Assembly (NCBI GenBank): GCA_963826525.1 | Contig: CAWGXH010000003.1 | Coordinates: forward strand, 384,001 to 448,000 | From: an uncultured Methanomicrobiaceae archaeon | GTDB lineage: Archaea > Halobacteriota > Methanomicrobia > Methanomicrobiales > Methanoculleaceae | Length of the DNA: 64,000 bases | Direction of reading: 5' to 3' | Shown here: positions 11,427 to 21,588 of the stretch, in pieces | Position numbering within the stretch: position 1 is the stretch's first letter | Layout: each line of letters starts with the position of its first letter | Translations under genes and position numbers: made by a program | Notes under the pieces: model-generated | The model's input: only the letters and a program-made list of their open reading frames with translations | What the model was told of the DNA's origin: nothing | Databases searched by the model: none

Positions 11427-12329
11427 GTGAAGATCGGGTATCCCTGTATCAACAGGAGCATCGGGTGCCGGGGCAACCGGACGTTCCGGCTGGCGTCGTA
11501 CTCGGATGAGCGGCTCGTCGCGACGGTCAGGGAGAACCTCGCCTGCCTCGCAGAGACGCTCTCCTACAACGTCCGGCATAACCTTCTCTTCTTTCGGATC
11601 ACCTCGGACCTCGTTCCGTTCGCCTCCCATCCGGTCTGCTCGGTCGACTGGCAGGCGGTCTTTGCGGACGAGCTTCGGCGGCTCGGCGACTACATCCGGG
11701 GAAACCGGATCCGGATCTCGATGCACCCCGATCAGTTCGTCATCATCAACGCGAAAGATCCGGGGATCGTGGAGCGCAGCATCCGGGAGCTCCGCTACCA
11801 CGCCGCTCTCCTGGATGCGGCAGGGCTCGATACCTCTGCAAAGATCCAGATCCATCTCGGCGGGGTCTACGGGGAGAAGGAGCGGAGTATGCAGCGGTTT
11901 ATCCGGGAGTACGAACGGCTCGACGAGCGTATCGCCCGGCGCCTCGTCATCGAGAACGACGATCGGCGCTACACCGTGCGCGACTGCCTCCGGGTGCACG
12001 AGGCGGTCGGAATACCGGTGCTCTTCGACCGGTTCCACCACGAGGTCAACTCCTCGGGCGAGACCGTCCGCGACGTGGTCGGGCTCTGTGCGAAGACCTG
12101 GACGGAGCCGGACGGCATCCTGATGGTTGACTACAGCTCGCAGCAGCCGGGCGGTCGGCGGGGCACCCATGCCGCGAGCCTGAACCCCGATCACTTCGCT
12201 CTATTCCTCGCCGAATCGGCGCCCTGGGACTGCGATATCATGCTTGAGATAAAGGACAAAGAGAAGAGTGCCGTCCTCGCCGCATCCCTCGCAGCCGGGG
12301 ACGACCGGTTTGTCCGCTCGTCGCTCTGA
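11427..12329 (+). CDS. uvsE: UV DNA damage endonuclease
   Basis: IGYPCIN, FRITSDLVPFASHP, SMHPDQF, VIENDD, IMLEIKDKE. Confidence 0.93.
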   Translation: MKIGYPCINRSIGCRGNRTFRLASYSDERLVATVRENLACLAETLSYNVRHNLLFFRITSDLVPFASHPVCSVDWQAVFADELRRLGDYIRGNRIRISMHPDQFVIINAKDPGIVERSIRELRYHAALLDAAGLDTSAKIQIHLGGVYGEKERSMQRFIREYERLDERIARRLVIENDDRRYTVRDCLRVHEAVGIPVLFDRFHHEVNSSGETVRDVVGLCAKTWTEPDGILMVDYSSQQPGGRRGTHAASLNPDHFALFLAESAPWDCDIMLEIKDKEKSAVLAASLAAGDDRFVRSSL

Positions 12330-12335
12330 TCCGGA

Positions 12336-12761
12336 TCAGAGAATCGTCACTTCCAGAGCCGGCGGCATCAGTGCCGCGCCGATGGCGTGGCAGATGCCGT
12401 TATCGCAGAACGCGTCCGCCTCGACGATGGGGACGCTGTTCACGGTGATCCCCCTGTCGGACGAGCGGATCACAAGTTCGGTCCCGAGCAGCGACCGCAC
12501 CGTGGAGACGGTGCGGAGGGTCTCGGAGGTCAGCGTCCCCGGAACGACGTGGTAGGCAAGAATAATGGTGATCTTATCGGTATCCTCGGTGATCTCCTTC
12601 ATCCTCTCCTCCGATACCCGTGCAAATGCGCTGTCGGTAGGAACAAATACCGTGTATGGCCCCTGGTTCGTAAGCCGGTTCTCCATCCCTGCCTGCCTCA
12701 CCAGCTGTACAAAGGTGGAAAAATCCCCCGAATCTTCCAGTGTTTCGAGAATGCTCTTCAT
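12336..12761 (-). CDS. Fasciclin (FAS1) domain protein 1, no signal peptide
   Basis: YTVFVPTDSAF (H1), YHVVPG, NGICHAI (H2). Confidence 0.9.
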   Translation of the reverse strand: MKSILETLEDSGDFSTFVQLVRQAGMENRLTNQGPYTVFVPTDSAFARVSEERMKEITEDTDKITIILAYHVVPGTLTSETLRTVSTVRSLLGTELVIRSSDRGITVNSVPIVEADAFCDNGICHAIGAALMPPALEVTIL

Positions 12762-12827
12762 GCCGCATATCCCCTATGCCCCTGTCGTGAAGCGGGTATA
12801 TATAACTAATTCCTCGCCGGACCGGCT

Positions 12828-13199
12828 TCAGCGTGCAAGCGACCTCCGCCATCGACTGCATGATACGCCGTCGATGACCCCGTTGTCGCAGTCGGTATCC
12901 GCCGCGACGACACGTGCATCGTTCACACGGATCTCCTCATCGATAACCGGGACGATTGAGCTCGCTCCCCTGCACCGTCCTGGTCGCCGGATTTCGCATA
13001 CCGGGCACCTCTCCGGACTTCAGCACCCCGACGACGATATGCCGCATGAGAACGTCTGCAAGCCTCTTTTGAAAGGTTTGCAAAGACGGTGAACGGCTTC
13101 GCGGTCGCTTAACGCTCCCTTCGGATCGGCTATCTCGATGAGGTTGACAAACGTGCTCAGTTCTTCCGACTGCCGCAGTGTTTCAAGAATGGTTGCCAT
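12828..13199 (-). pseudogene. Fasciclin domain protein 2, degraded
   Basis: MATILETL...FTVFA..., YRRR/HVV-type region, VNDARVVAADTDCDNGV in shifting frames with apparent deletions. Confidence 0.7.
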
Positions 13200-13304
13200 G
13201 CCGGACCCCCCCTTCCGGGAGTGCCTTTCAGATCCCGCACCCGTATATACGTTGCCGGTGCCGTACCGCGGCACGCCGGCCGCCCGGCATTTGGGCGAGT
13301 CCCC

Positions 13305-14879
13305 TCACAGCAGCTCGTTCCGCTGCAGGAACTCCCGGATCTTGCGGCTCTCCACCCATCCGGCATCGAGCTCGGTGATATACCTGTTGACCCGCCCGAC
13401 CTGCTCGCGGATCTGTTCGGCGGTCTTTTCATCCGCGAGCAGGTCGGCGCGTGCCATGATCACCTGCAGCGGATGGCGGATATGGTCGCCGAGGATGGCG
13501 AACTGCTCCATGTTCCGCTCGATCTGCTCGAAGGCACGCTGCCGGATCTCTTCCATGACCGCCCGGTCGGTCACATCGAGGAGCTGCACTAAAAATCCCT
13601 TGAACAGGTTCGTCTCGCGGTCGAGCACCGGACTTGTATAGATCTCGATAGAGCGCGTCCCGGACTTCGTCGTCGCATAGAGACCCTGCTCCCGTGCGAG
13701 GCCGAGGTCGAGGGTGGTGGTGGCATGCCCGCCTTCGCCACGTCGGAGCCGGTCTTTCAGCAGTTCGGGGAACTGCGGGTCTTTGAAGATATTGTATCCC
13801 TGCATGCCGTTTCTCCTCGGTATGCCGAGGATATGCAGGCACGCCCGGTTGGTATGGAGCAACCTGCCGCTGGTGGTGAAGTATTGAATGCCGACCGGGG
13901 ATTCGTTGAAGATCCGCTTGAACCGCTCCCCGCTGCTGCGGAGTTCCTTCTCGAGCGTTCGCTGCCTGGTGATGTCGTGCACGATGCTATAGAGCAGGGT
14001 ACGTCCGCCGGTAGCGACCGGACCTGAAAAGACCTCCACGCTGCGGATCTCGCCGTTTGCGAGCCGGTGCCGGAAGACGAACTGCTCTCTCTCCCCCCGC
14101 CGCGCCCGCTGCATCTCCTGAACTACCTCTCCTGCGGGAAGCACGTTCAGATCGGTGTTCGTCATTCCGGTGATCCGGTCGTGCGGATACCCGTAGAAGG
14201 AGCAGGCCGCAGGATTGGCATCGACGATCGCTTCGGTCTCCGGGTCGATGAGCAGCATGGCCGCCCGACTCTCCGGTGAAGATCGTCCGGTAGCGTTCCT
14301 CGCTCTCCCTGAGCGCCTCCTCCGCCCGCTTTCTGCTCGGTGATATCCTCCTGCATGCCGATGAGATACTGCGCATCTCCGGCTCCGTCCCGGATCGCCG
14401 TCGCGGTCAGGCGTACCCAGATGATCTGCCCCGCCTTTGTATAGTAGCGTTTCTCCATCCGGTAGCGGCTCCTCTGCCCTGCGATGGCCTCGGAGAAGAG
14501 CATGCTGTTCTCGTCGATATCGGCCGGGTGGGTGTAGTCGGCAATCCGCATGCCCCGGAGTTCCTCTGCGGAGTAGCCGAGCATCCGCCGGAACGCCGGA
14601 TTCGACCGGATGATTCGCCAGTCGCTGTCCACCAGGACGATGCCGATACCCGCCTCCTCAAAGATGCTCCGGAAGCACGCTTCGCTCTCCTGCCCGTGAT
14701 CGATCCGCACGGAGCCGGTCGCATTCCTCTTCTGCGCTCCGGGCGCGTGCTTCGAGGGCTTTTATATCGGCGGCGAGCGTCTCGATGAGGTGGCGATCGG
14801 CCGCGCCGGCCTTCCGCCGAAGTTCCTGCAGGGACGCGTGCACCTCTCCGCCCGGGGAGTTCTCTATTGATTCACTCAT
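13305..14879 (-). CDS. Multi-PAS sensor with C-terminal HisKA-like helix and no ATPase domain (two apparent frameshifts)
   Basis: Three PAS/PAC repeats (FRSIFEEAGIGI, IVDANPAAC, FKRIFNESPVG); C-terminal FAILGDHIRHPLQ...GWVESRKIREFL. Confidence 0.82.
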
Positions 14880-15299
14880 CGGTATCCCTCACATTCTCCT
14901 TCCGGTGTCCGGAGTCTCCTGCGTAAGACGAACGGGCAGCAGAGATCGTCGTTACGTCACCTCCGCACGCCTCGTCCCTGACCGGCAGCGTGAGGAGCCG
15001 ATGGATGAAACGGTCGGCGGCAGGCCCCGGCAACTCCTGAAAATGATTCTTCGGCTGACCCGGGGATCTAAAATGCCTGCAGCCTGGTGACACTACAGTA
15101 GATTCGGCTGATGCGGACGATAATGATTTCCATCCGGGGGCGGTTGTTCAGCATCCGGCATGGCCGACTGCCGTTTCGGTCGTGACAGAGACGGCGACTC
15201 GGTCGTCGGTACGGTCGTTTCCGGTGTGCCGGCTATCCGGTCGCCCCGGGAAAGAGAATAGTATTCGTATTCAAAAAGCCGCTGTGGCCGGGGGACGGT

Positions 15300-15734
15300 T
15301 CACACCGATCGTACAATCCGCGCTTCTGCCATGCGCGGGATCAGCAGCGCATCGATAATGTGGCAGATGCCGTTTGTGCTCTCGATATCCTTCTCGAGGA
15401 TCCTCGCCCCGTTCACCAGGAGAGCCTCGCCCGAGGCATCGATATCGATATGATCGCCCTGGAGCGTCTTGATCGACTCCATCGTCTGCAGCTCGTTCGA
15501 TGTCAGTTTGCCGGAGACGACATGGTAGGCGAGGATGGCGGTCAGCCTCCGCCGATCCGAGAGGATCTCGCCGAGCAGTTCCTCCGAGATCGTCGAGAAT
15601 GCTTCGTCCGTCGGGGCAAAGAGCGTATACCGTCCCCCGCTGGCGAGGGTCTGATCCATACCGGCCGCCGCAATAGCACGCACGAGCGTTGTGAGCCTTG
15701 CGTCCTCCCGTGCAGTCTCGATAATATTCTTCAT
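15300..15734 (-). CDS. Fasciclin domain protein 3, no signal peptide
   Basis: YTLFAPTDEAF, LAYHVV, NGICHIID. Confidence 0.92.
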   Translation of the reverse strand: MKNIIETAREDARLTTLVRAIAAAGMDQTLASGGRYTLFAPTDEAFSTISEELLGEILSDRRRLTAILAYHVVSGKLTSNELQTMESIKTLQGDHIDIDASGEALLVNGARILEKDIESTNGICHIIDALLIPRMAEARIVRSV

Positions 15735-15981
15735 CTTCATTCCTCCAAGGACGGGACCGCCACTCTCTCGCCATTATACTATATTATGACTTCCGGTAGT
15801 GGTAGACGGGCGTGAGAGCGTGCCCCGTTCCGCCCGGAAGCAGTTCGACCGAGAGCAATGCAGTCTTCCGCCGGCCTTTCCGGGCGGTGTGTATGACGCG
15901 ATCACCTGTTCAGGGTTCTGCAGAGATCTGCCTGCCACGAAAAATGTTCCCGGGAGTGGGTCTCCCCTCCGGGATTCTTCC

Positions 15982-16410
15982 TTACCGCTGCGCCGGAACT
16001 TCGACTTTTTTCGGAACCAGAACCGAATCGATGACGTGGCAGACGCCGTTTGTGCATTCGATATCGGTCTCGGTGATCCGTGCGTCGTTCACCCGCACCG
16101 ATCCCTGCGAGGTGTCGATCGTGAGGCTGTCGCCCTCAAGCGTCCGGATCGAGTTCTGCTGCATGACATCCGATGCCATCATCTTCCCGGAGACGACATG
16201 GTACTTCAGAATCGCAGAGAGCTGCTCTTTGTCCTTGAGGATACTGTTCAGCTGGTCTTTCGGGATCTGGTTGAATGCCCCGTTCGTCGGTGCGAAGACC
16301 GTGAACGGCCCCTGGTTGCTCAGTGTTTCCGTCAGCCCCGCAGCATCGACTGCCTTCAGGAGCGTATTAAACCGCCCGTCATCTTTCGCTGTCTCGATAA
16401 TGTTCTTCAT
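15982..16410 (-). CDS. Fasciclin domain protein 4, no signal peptide
   Basis: FTVFAPTNGAF, LKYHVV, CTNGVCHVID; GAGGAG SD before MKNIIETAK. Confidence 0.93.
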   Translation of the reverse strand: MKNIIETAKDDGRFNTLLKAVDAAGLTETLSNQGPFTVFAPTNGAFNQIPKDQLNSILKDKEQLSAILKYHVVSGKMMASDVMQQNSIRTLEGDSLTIDTSQGSVRVNDARITETDIECTNGVCHVIDSVLVPKKVEVPAQR

Positions 16411-16638
16411 ACCGGTAACCCCTCCTCGGGCCGGGACGCTCCTGCACAGCTCAGGATATATAATACCTGGCCCGTGTCTGCGGAATCCTCGTAAAATCTC
16501 CCGAATGCGGCAATGCGGCACGCAAACGCCACGGTGGAGAGAAAAGTCCCCATACGTTCGATATACAGATCTACGGTCCGCCGGAATACAGAGAATCGGG
16601 GGAGAGCCCCCGTGATGAGGCAGCGCCCTCCGACGGTC

Positions 16639-17085
16639 TTACTCTTTGGTCTTGGCGTAGGCCTCGTACGCCTGCGAGAGCGTGGCGAACGGAACCTTGT
16701 CGACGACGTGGATGATGCCGTTGTCGGCCTCTTTGTTCTCCTCGATGACCTTTGCGGTCTCCACCATGTACCCCTCGTCGGTCTTCTGCACCTCGACCGT
16801 GTTCCCTTCGACGGTCTTTAAGATCTTCCTGTCCGCAAGGTCGGCGATCGAGTACTTGTGCTCCCCGATCTGCATGAAGTCGAAGAGGTGTCCGAGCATC
16901 TGTTTGTCGTTCAAGATCATCGAGCGGTTCGGCTCCGGTATCTCGTCGAATGCCGAATCGATCGGCACAAGGAGCGTCATCGGGCCTTTGCTCCGGAGCG
17001 TCTCCTCTTTGCCGATGGTCGCTACGATCTCCATGAACCTGCCGAACCGTCCGTCACTGTTTAATGTCTCAAAGATATTCGCCAT
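16639..17085 (-). CDS. Fasciclin domain protein 5, no signal peptide
   Basis: TLLVPIDSAF, ADNGIIHVVD; AGGAGG SD; AT-rich promoter at ~17124-17150. Confidence 0.88.
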   Translation of the reverse strand: MANIFETLNSDGRFGRFMEIVATIGKEETLRSKGPMTLLVPIDSAFDEIPEPNRSMILNDKQMLGHLFDFMQIGEHKYSIADLADRKILKTVEGNTVEVQKTDEGYMVETAKVIEENKEADNGIIHVVDKVPFATLSQAYEAYAKTKE

Positions 17086-17232
17086 ACCAGTTCCTCCTGT
17101 TAGGTACGGGCTTCCCTGGTCTGTTATTATATATATTGATTATTATATCGTTGAGTATATCCTCGCCCGGATAAGAGAGTGGTCTCCCCGATCCCCGGAG
17201 AGATCGTAACCGTCCCGGGCGGGGTGCCGGAT

Positions 17233-17808
17233 CTAGCGGGGTGCCTGCTTCTCCATATACCGGTACAGCAGGTCGAGCGCTTCCCGTTCACGCGCTCCGC
17301 CGCACTTCCGGACGAGGCTCGCATGGTGCTCGATGAGCTGCATCAGCCATGGGTCGCCGGTCCTGACGTAGCGGGTGGCGTGCACCGTGGCGTCCACGAT
17401 GCTGTTGAACCCCCGGTTCACCGGGTGCAGGCGGAGCGATACGATCTCCTCGCGGAGCGGTGAGAGCTGCACGACGTGGGCCTCGCTGGTCGACCGCTCG
17501 ACCTTTGCGTCGAATGCAATCCAGGCCTCGGCATCCGCAAGGCGCTGCACCGCTCGCGTATCGATCTCCTCGTCGAGAAAAGCGTCCTTCGGGAGATCGT
17601 CAAACGCGGTCAGGACGTAGAGCACCGGGTCGTAGACGAAGTTTGCCACGACCCACCCGTCCCGCAGGATGTTCTCTGCGGTGTGGCTGCCGCGGAAGAG
17701 CACCATGTGGGGGCTTGTGCTCCTCGAGATAATGCCCATCGGCGCTGCGTTGCCGCGGGTGGTTGCTATCACCTCGTTGATCCCGTCGATCAGCAGTCCC
17801 ACTGCCAT
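17233..17808 (-). CDS. DUF447 family protein
   Basis: NEVIATT..NAAPMGI, LFRGSHT..N, NRG..SIVDATVHATR. Confidence 0.85.
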   Translation of the reverse strand: MAVGLLIDGINEVIATTRGNAAPMGIISRSTSPHMVLFRGSHTAENILRDGWVVANFVYDPVLYVLTAFDDLPKDAFLDEEIDTRAVQRLADAEAWIAFDAKVERSTSEAHVVQLSPLREEIVSLRLHPVNRGFNSIVDATVHATRYVRTGDPWLMQLIEHHASLVRKCGGAREREALDLLYRYMEKQAPR

Positions 17809-18611
17809 CCCTCCCCGAGAGCGACGTAGATCGCGGCGATGGTGATGTCGGCGATGGAACCCGGGTTGATACCGGCGGCGATGCACTCGGCGTCGAGGGC
17901 GGCGATATCCCGTCTCCCCTCCACGACCTCCCGTGCATGCTCCATCGTCCGGACGGCGACCTCGGAGCCGTGCTTCTTTGCGATGAAGGTGTCCGGCTCT
18001 TCGGCGAGGAGGTGCATGAAGGCCTGCACGATCGCCTGTCGTCCGCAGCCGTGCTCGTGCAAAAGATCGGCGCCGCGGCGGGTCAGCCGGTAGCCGTTCG
18101 TCCACTCCCGGGCGACCATATCATTCGGCGCCGAATACTCCATGATATCGAGCAGGGTCATCCCGCGCTCGCGGATAGCCCGGATCGACTCCGGGTCGTT
18201 CACGTCGAGTTCCTCGTCGCTCCCCATTCTGACCGCCGTAAGAGCGAAGGCCGCGTAAAAGTCGATCGCATCCTCGACATTCGTCTCCCGGATTGCCTGC
18301 AGGGCGCCGTCGATCCCGTCGCCGAGGAGCAGGGGGACGAGCAGGATATAGGCGCCGAAATGCGTGTTGCCGCCGGAATGATCGCTCGTGAGACGGACGG
18401 CCTCTTTAATCAGGGAGCCGATGCGCCCGTCCCGGCGCTCCGCCTTTTCGAAGGCGGGCCTTACAAAAATGGTGGAGGCGAGGAAGTGCTCGAGCCGGGT
18501 GTCCGCGTAGTCGTGGCAGCGGTCGACGTTCCCGGGTTTCGGGTAGGCGGAGACCTCCAGCATCATCGCCAGCTGGGCGCGTTCAGACCGTGTCGGCTGC
18601 AGATCCTTCAT
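17790..18611 (-). CDS. citG: Triphosphoribosyl-dephospho-CoA synthase (CitG family)
   Basis: LEVSAYPKPGNV, NTHFG, PDTFIAKK, INPGSIAD. Confidence 0.85.
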   Translation of the reverse strand: MKDLQPTRSERAQLAMMLEVSAYPKPGNVDRCHDYADTRLEHFLASTIFVRPAFEKAERRDGRIGSLIKEAVRLTSDHSGGNTHFGAYILLVPLLLGDGIDGALQAIRETNVEDAIDFYAAFALTAVRMGSDEELDVNDPESIRAIRERGMTLLDIMEYSAPNDMVAREWTNGYRLTRRGADLLHEHGCGRQAIVQAFMHLLAEEPDTFIAKKHGSEVAVRTMEHAREVVEGRRDIAALDAECIAAGINPGSIADITIAAIYVALGEGWQWDC

Positions 18612-19719
18612 CGAACAACCTGTGCATTATCTTTTCGGAAAGCCGGTGTTTATACCGCATGTAGTCCTGAATCGAGATGCCCATCTTCTGGAGCGTCATA
18701 TTCCGGAACATACAGGGCGAACTCGCCTTGCAGCACCACGCAAGGCTGCCGAAACAGGTGCTGTTCCCTTCGGCGAGCGGCGTGTCCTTCACCCCCTCCT
18801 GCTTGAACTTCACGTAGTCGTCGCGGGTGAGGCTGATTTTTTCGAGCATCGGAATGAGCGGACAGTTCTTGACCGGCATGCAGCAGAACGTCAGAGACCT
18901 GACATCCCCGCCGCGGCAGAGCTGTTTCGGGGCGTTGTACCACCCGCTCTCGTCGGCGGAGCGGGCAATCGCCGCATCCAGGCCGGAGAGCGTCCACGTA
19001 TCGGAACTCCGCGCCAGGGAGACGAGGTCGGCGCCGCGGGCGAACATATCCATCGCTTTATCGAAGGTGGTGATGCCGTTGTTGGCGATAAGGGTCAGCG
19101 GGCAGGCGTTTCGGATCTGGCGGAGCTTTGCGTATCCAAAGTCCATCAGGTCGATATGCAGCAGGTCGGCGCCCGCCTTCCAGCAGGTGCGGGCGAGGCC
19201 TCGGTCATCCGCAGCAACACCGGCACGGACCTTAACGGAGACGGTTACCCCGACTGCCTTGAGTGCACGGATCGTCTCGGCGAGCTCGCCGGGGTGGTGC
19301 AGCAGGTATTCCCCGCATCCCGCTTCGACCATGGCAGGCTGTCTGCAGTGCGCGTCGATCTCGTAGACGACGCTCTCCTCGAACGCTTCTGCAATCTCCC
19401 GGTATGCCGCGGGCGTGCTGCCGCGAAGGTTGATGCCGGGTACGACGTCGCTCTTCTCCAGAAGTTTGATCTGACGGCCGAGTTCCTCTACCGGGTCGTC
19501 GTAGAGAAATTCCCGCCGCCCCTGACGGGCCAGTTCCTCGCTTGCATCGAGCGTCCGGCGATCGATGGAGTAGCCTCCGATGAACGCCGCTCCTATGTGG
19601 TCTGCGCGTTCGAGCACATAGGCCGCATCCACGATCCCCGCCATGGACGCGATCGCAATCGGCGTTTTGACAATCCGATCGTTTATGACGAGCTCAAAAC
19701 GATCATACGCTTCCATCAT
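18583..19719 (-). CDS. Methanogenesis marker 9 protein (Dus-like TIM barrel plus Cys-rich C-terminal domain)
   Basis: IASMAGI, EIDAHCRQ, C-terminal CRGGD.R.L.FCC.PVK.C...TCFGSLAWCCK...C. Confidence 0.85.
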   Translation of the reverse strand: MMEAYDRFELVINDRIVKTPIAIASMAGIVDAAYVLERADHIGAAFIGGYSIDRRTLDASEELARQGRREFLYDDPVEELGRQIKLLEKSDVVPGINLRGSTPAAYREIAEAFEESVVYEIDAHCRQPAMVEAGCGEYLLHHPGELAETIRALKAVGVTVSVKVRAGVAADDRGLARTCWKAGADLLHIDLMDFGYAKLRQIRNACPLTLIANNGITTFDKAMDMFARGADLVSLARSSDTWTLSGLDAAIARSADESGWYNAPKQLCRGGDVRSLTFCCMPVKNCPLIPMLEKISLTRDDYVKFKQEGVKDTPLAEGNSTCFGSLAWCCKASSPCMFRNMTLQKMGISIQDYMRYKHRLSEKIMHRLFDEGSAADTV

Positions 19720-19989
19720 GATTCCATATGGTTTGGTGCTCCGGGGAGAAATTATTTTGTATCCGGAAGCCTCCGGACGGAGGCAACATATACGCGGGAG
19801 AGTGCGATCCGCTCCTTAAAAAACCGCCGATCCCGATCCCGGGCTCCCGTGCCCGACGGGACGCCGAAGAACCGGTTGCAACCGCGGGCGTTTCTCCCGC
19901 CCGAACTATCCCGTCGGACAGGTCTCTCCGCCCCCCGGGAAACCCAATCGGTAATTATTTTAACGGGGTGTCGTTGTACCTTTTGTTAT

Positions 19990-20392
19990 ATGGTTAAGAA
20001 AGGAATGTTACTGGTCGGCCACGGAAGCAAACTCCCCCACAACAAGGAACTGATCGAGACGACGGCCCGGCTGATAGCCGAACGCTCCGACGAGTACATC
20101 GTCAAGCCCGGTTTCATGAGCCTCAACACGCCCTCCGTTGCGGATCGAGCTCGAGGCGTTCCGGAGCGAAGATATCGATATGCTCGTCGTGGTGCCCCTC
20201 TTCCTCGCCAAGGGCGTCCACATCAACCAGGATATCCCCGAGATCATCGGCCTTGCAGCGGGTACCCGGAAGGGCACCTTCCAGAAGAACGGCACGACCA
20301 TCCCGCTCGTCTACGCCGACCCCATCGGCAGCGACCCCCTGCTCGCCGAGCTGATGCTGAAGAACGCAGAAGACGCGGTACGGCTGGTATAG
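19990..20392 (+). CDS. cfbA: Sirohydrochlorin nickelochelatase (CbiX-S type; frameshift near 20140)
   Basis: LLVGHGSKLP.N, VVPLFLAKGVHI..DIP, YADPIGSDP; first gene of cfb cluster. Confidence 0.9.
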
Positions 20393-20399
20393 TACCCGT

Positions 20400-21582
20400 A
20401 TGAGAGTTCTGGTGCTCGACACCATCCACGGCGGCGCCGAGATCGCCCGGGCGGCCCGCGCCGCCGGACACCTCGTGGACGAGGTGGACGTCTACCGGGG
20501 CGAAGGGGGCATCCCGGTCGCGGAGGCCCTTCGCCGGAGGTACCGATCTCGCGGTCGCCCCGGTGCACCTCGACCCGGATCACCCCCTCCTCAAGCGCCA
20601 CGGGAACGCTCTCTCGCACCACGAGGTGGTGCGGCTGCTCCTCGAGGGCAGGCTTCCCCATCCCACGATCGAGATCACCGGCGCCCGCGGGAAGACCACG
20701 ACGGCGCACGCTCTCGCGCACCTGATGCAGGGACCCGGGATTCTCCACACCTCCGCCGGCACCCGGCAGTACCCGGAAGCGCGGATACTCTGGCAGAGGA
20801 GCATCACGCCGGCATCGGTCCTCGCCGCAGCGGATGCCGCGAGGGAGTGTGACGGCTGGCTGATCGCCGAGGAGTCGCTCGGGGTGACCGGTGCGGGAAA
20901 CGTCGCGGTGCTGACGAGCGCCGACGACTATCCCGTCGCCGCCGGGAAGAAACGGGCGCTCGCCGAGAAGTGCCGCTCGCTCTCCCGGGCGAAGGTCGTG
21001 GTGGCCCCGCCCGGCGTCGCTATACCGGCCTCGACCGTCGTCCGGACGGACGAGGCGACGGTCTGCTCGGGCACGACCGTGCAGTACGACTGGAACGGCA
21101 TCACCGGCGAGTTTACGAGCCCCCTCTGCGAACTTGCCGGCTACGCGCTGCCTCTTGCGCTCGCGGCGACGACCGCCTGCGTCCTCGGGATCGATCCCGC
21201 CCCCCTCGCCGAATTTGCCGCCCTCCCCGGCAGGATGGCGGCACGGGTCGAGGACGGCATTCTCATCGTGGACAACGCGAACAGCGGCACCAATGTCGCG
21301 ACGACGGTCGAAGCCGCCCGGTATGCCCGCCGGCTCTCGGGGAGCGATGCGGTCACCCTGGTCATCGGGGTGCTCTCGCAGACGGTCTGCGAGGGGTTCC
21401 CGGCGGAGGAGATCGAGCGTGCCGTTGCGGCGGTGCGGCCGGAGCACGTGGTCTATGCCGGGGAGGAGTGGGTCGCGAGCGGCAGACCGCACACGGCTGC
21501 CGATCTTACGGAAGGGCTCCGGGTCGCCCGTTCCCTGACCCGGCACGGGAGCATCGTGCTTGCCGTGAAGACATGGAGATAG
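20400..21582 (+). CDS. cfbE: Coenzyme F430 synthase (Mur-ligase-like; frameshift near 20540)
   Basis: VLVLDTIHGG, PVHLDP, EITGARGKTTT, EESLGVTG, IVDNANSGTN. Confidence 0.9.
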
Positions 21583-21588
21583 AGACGT

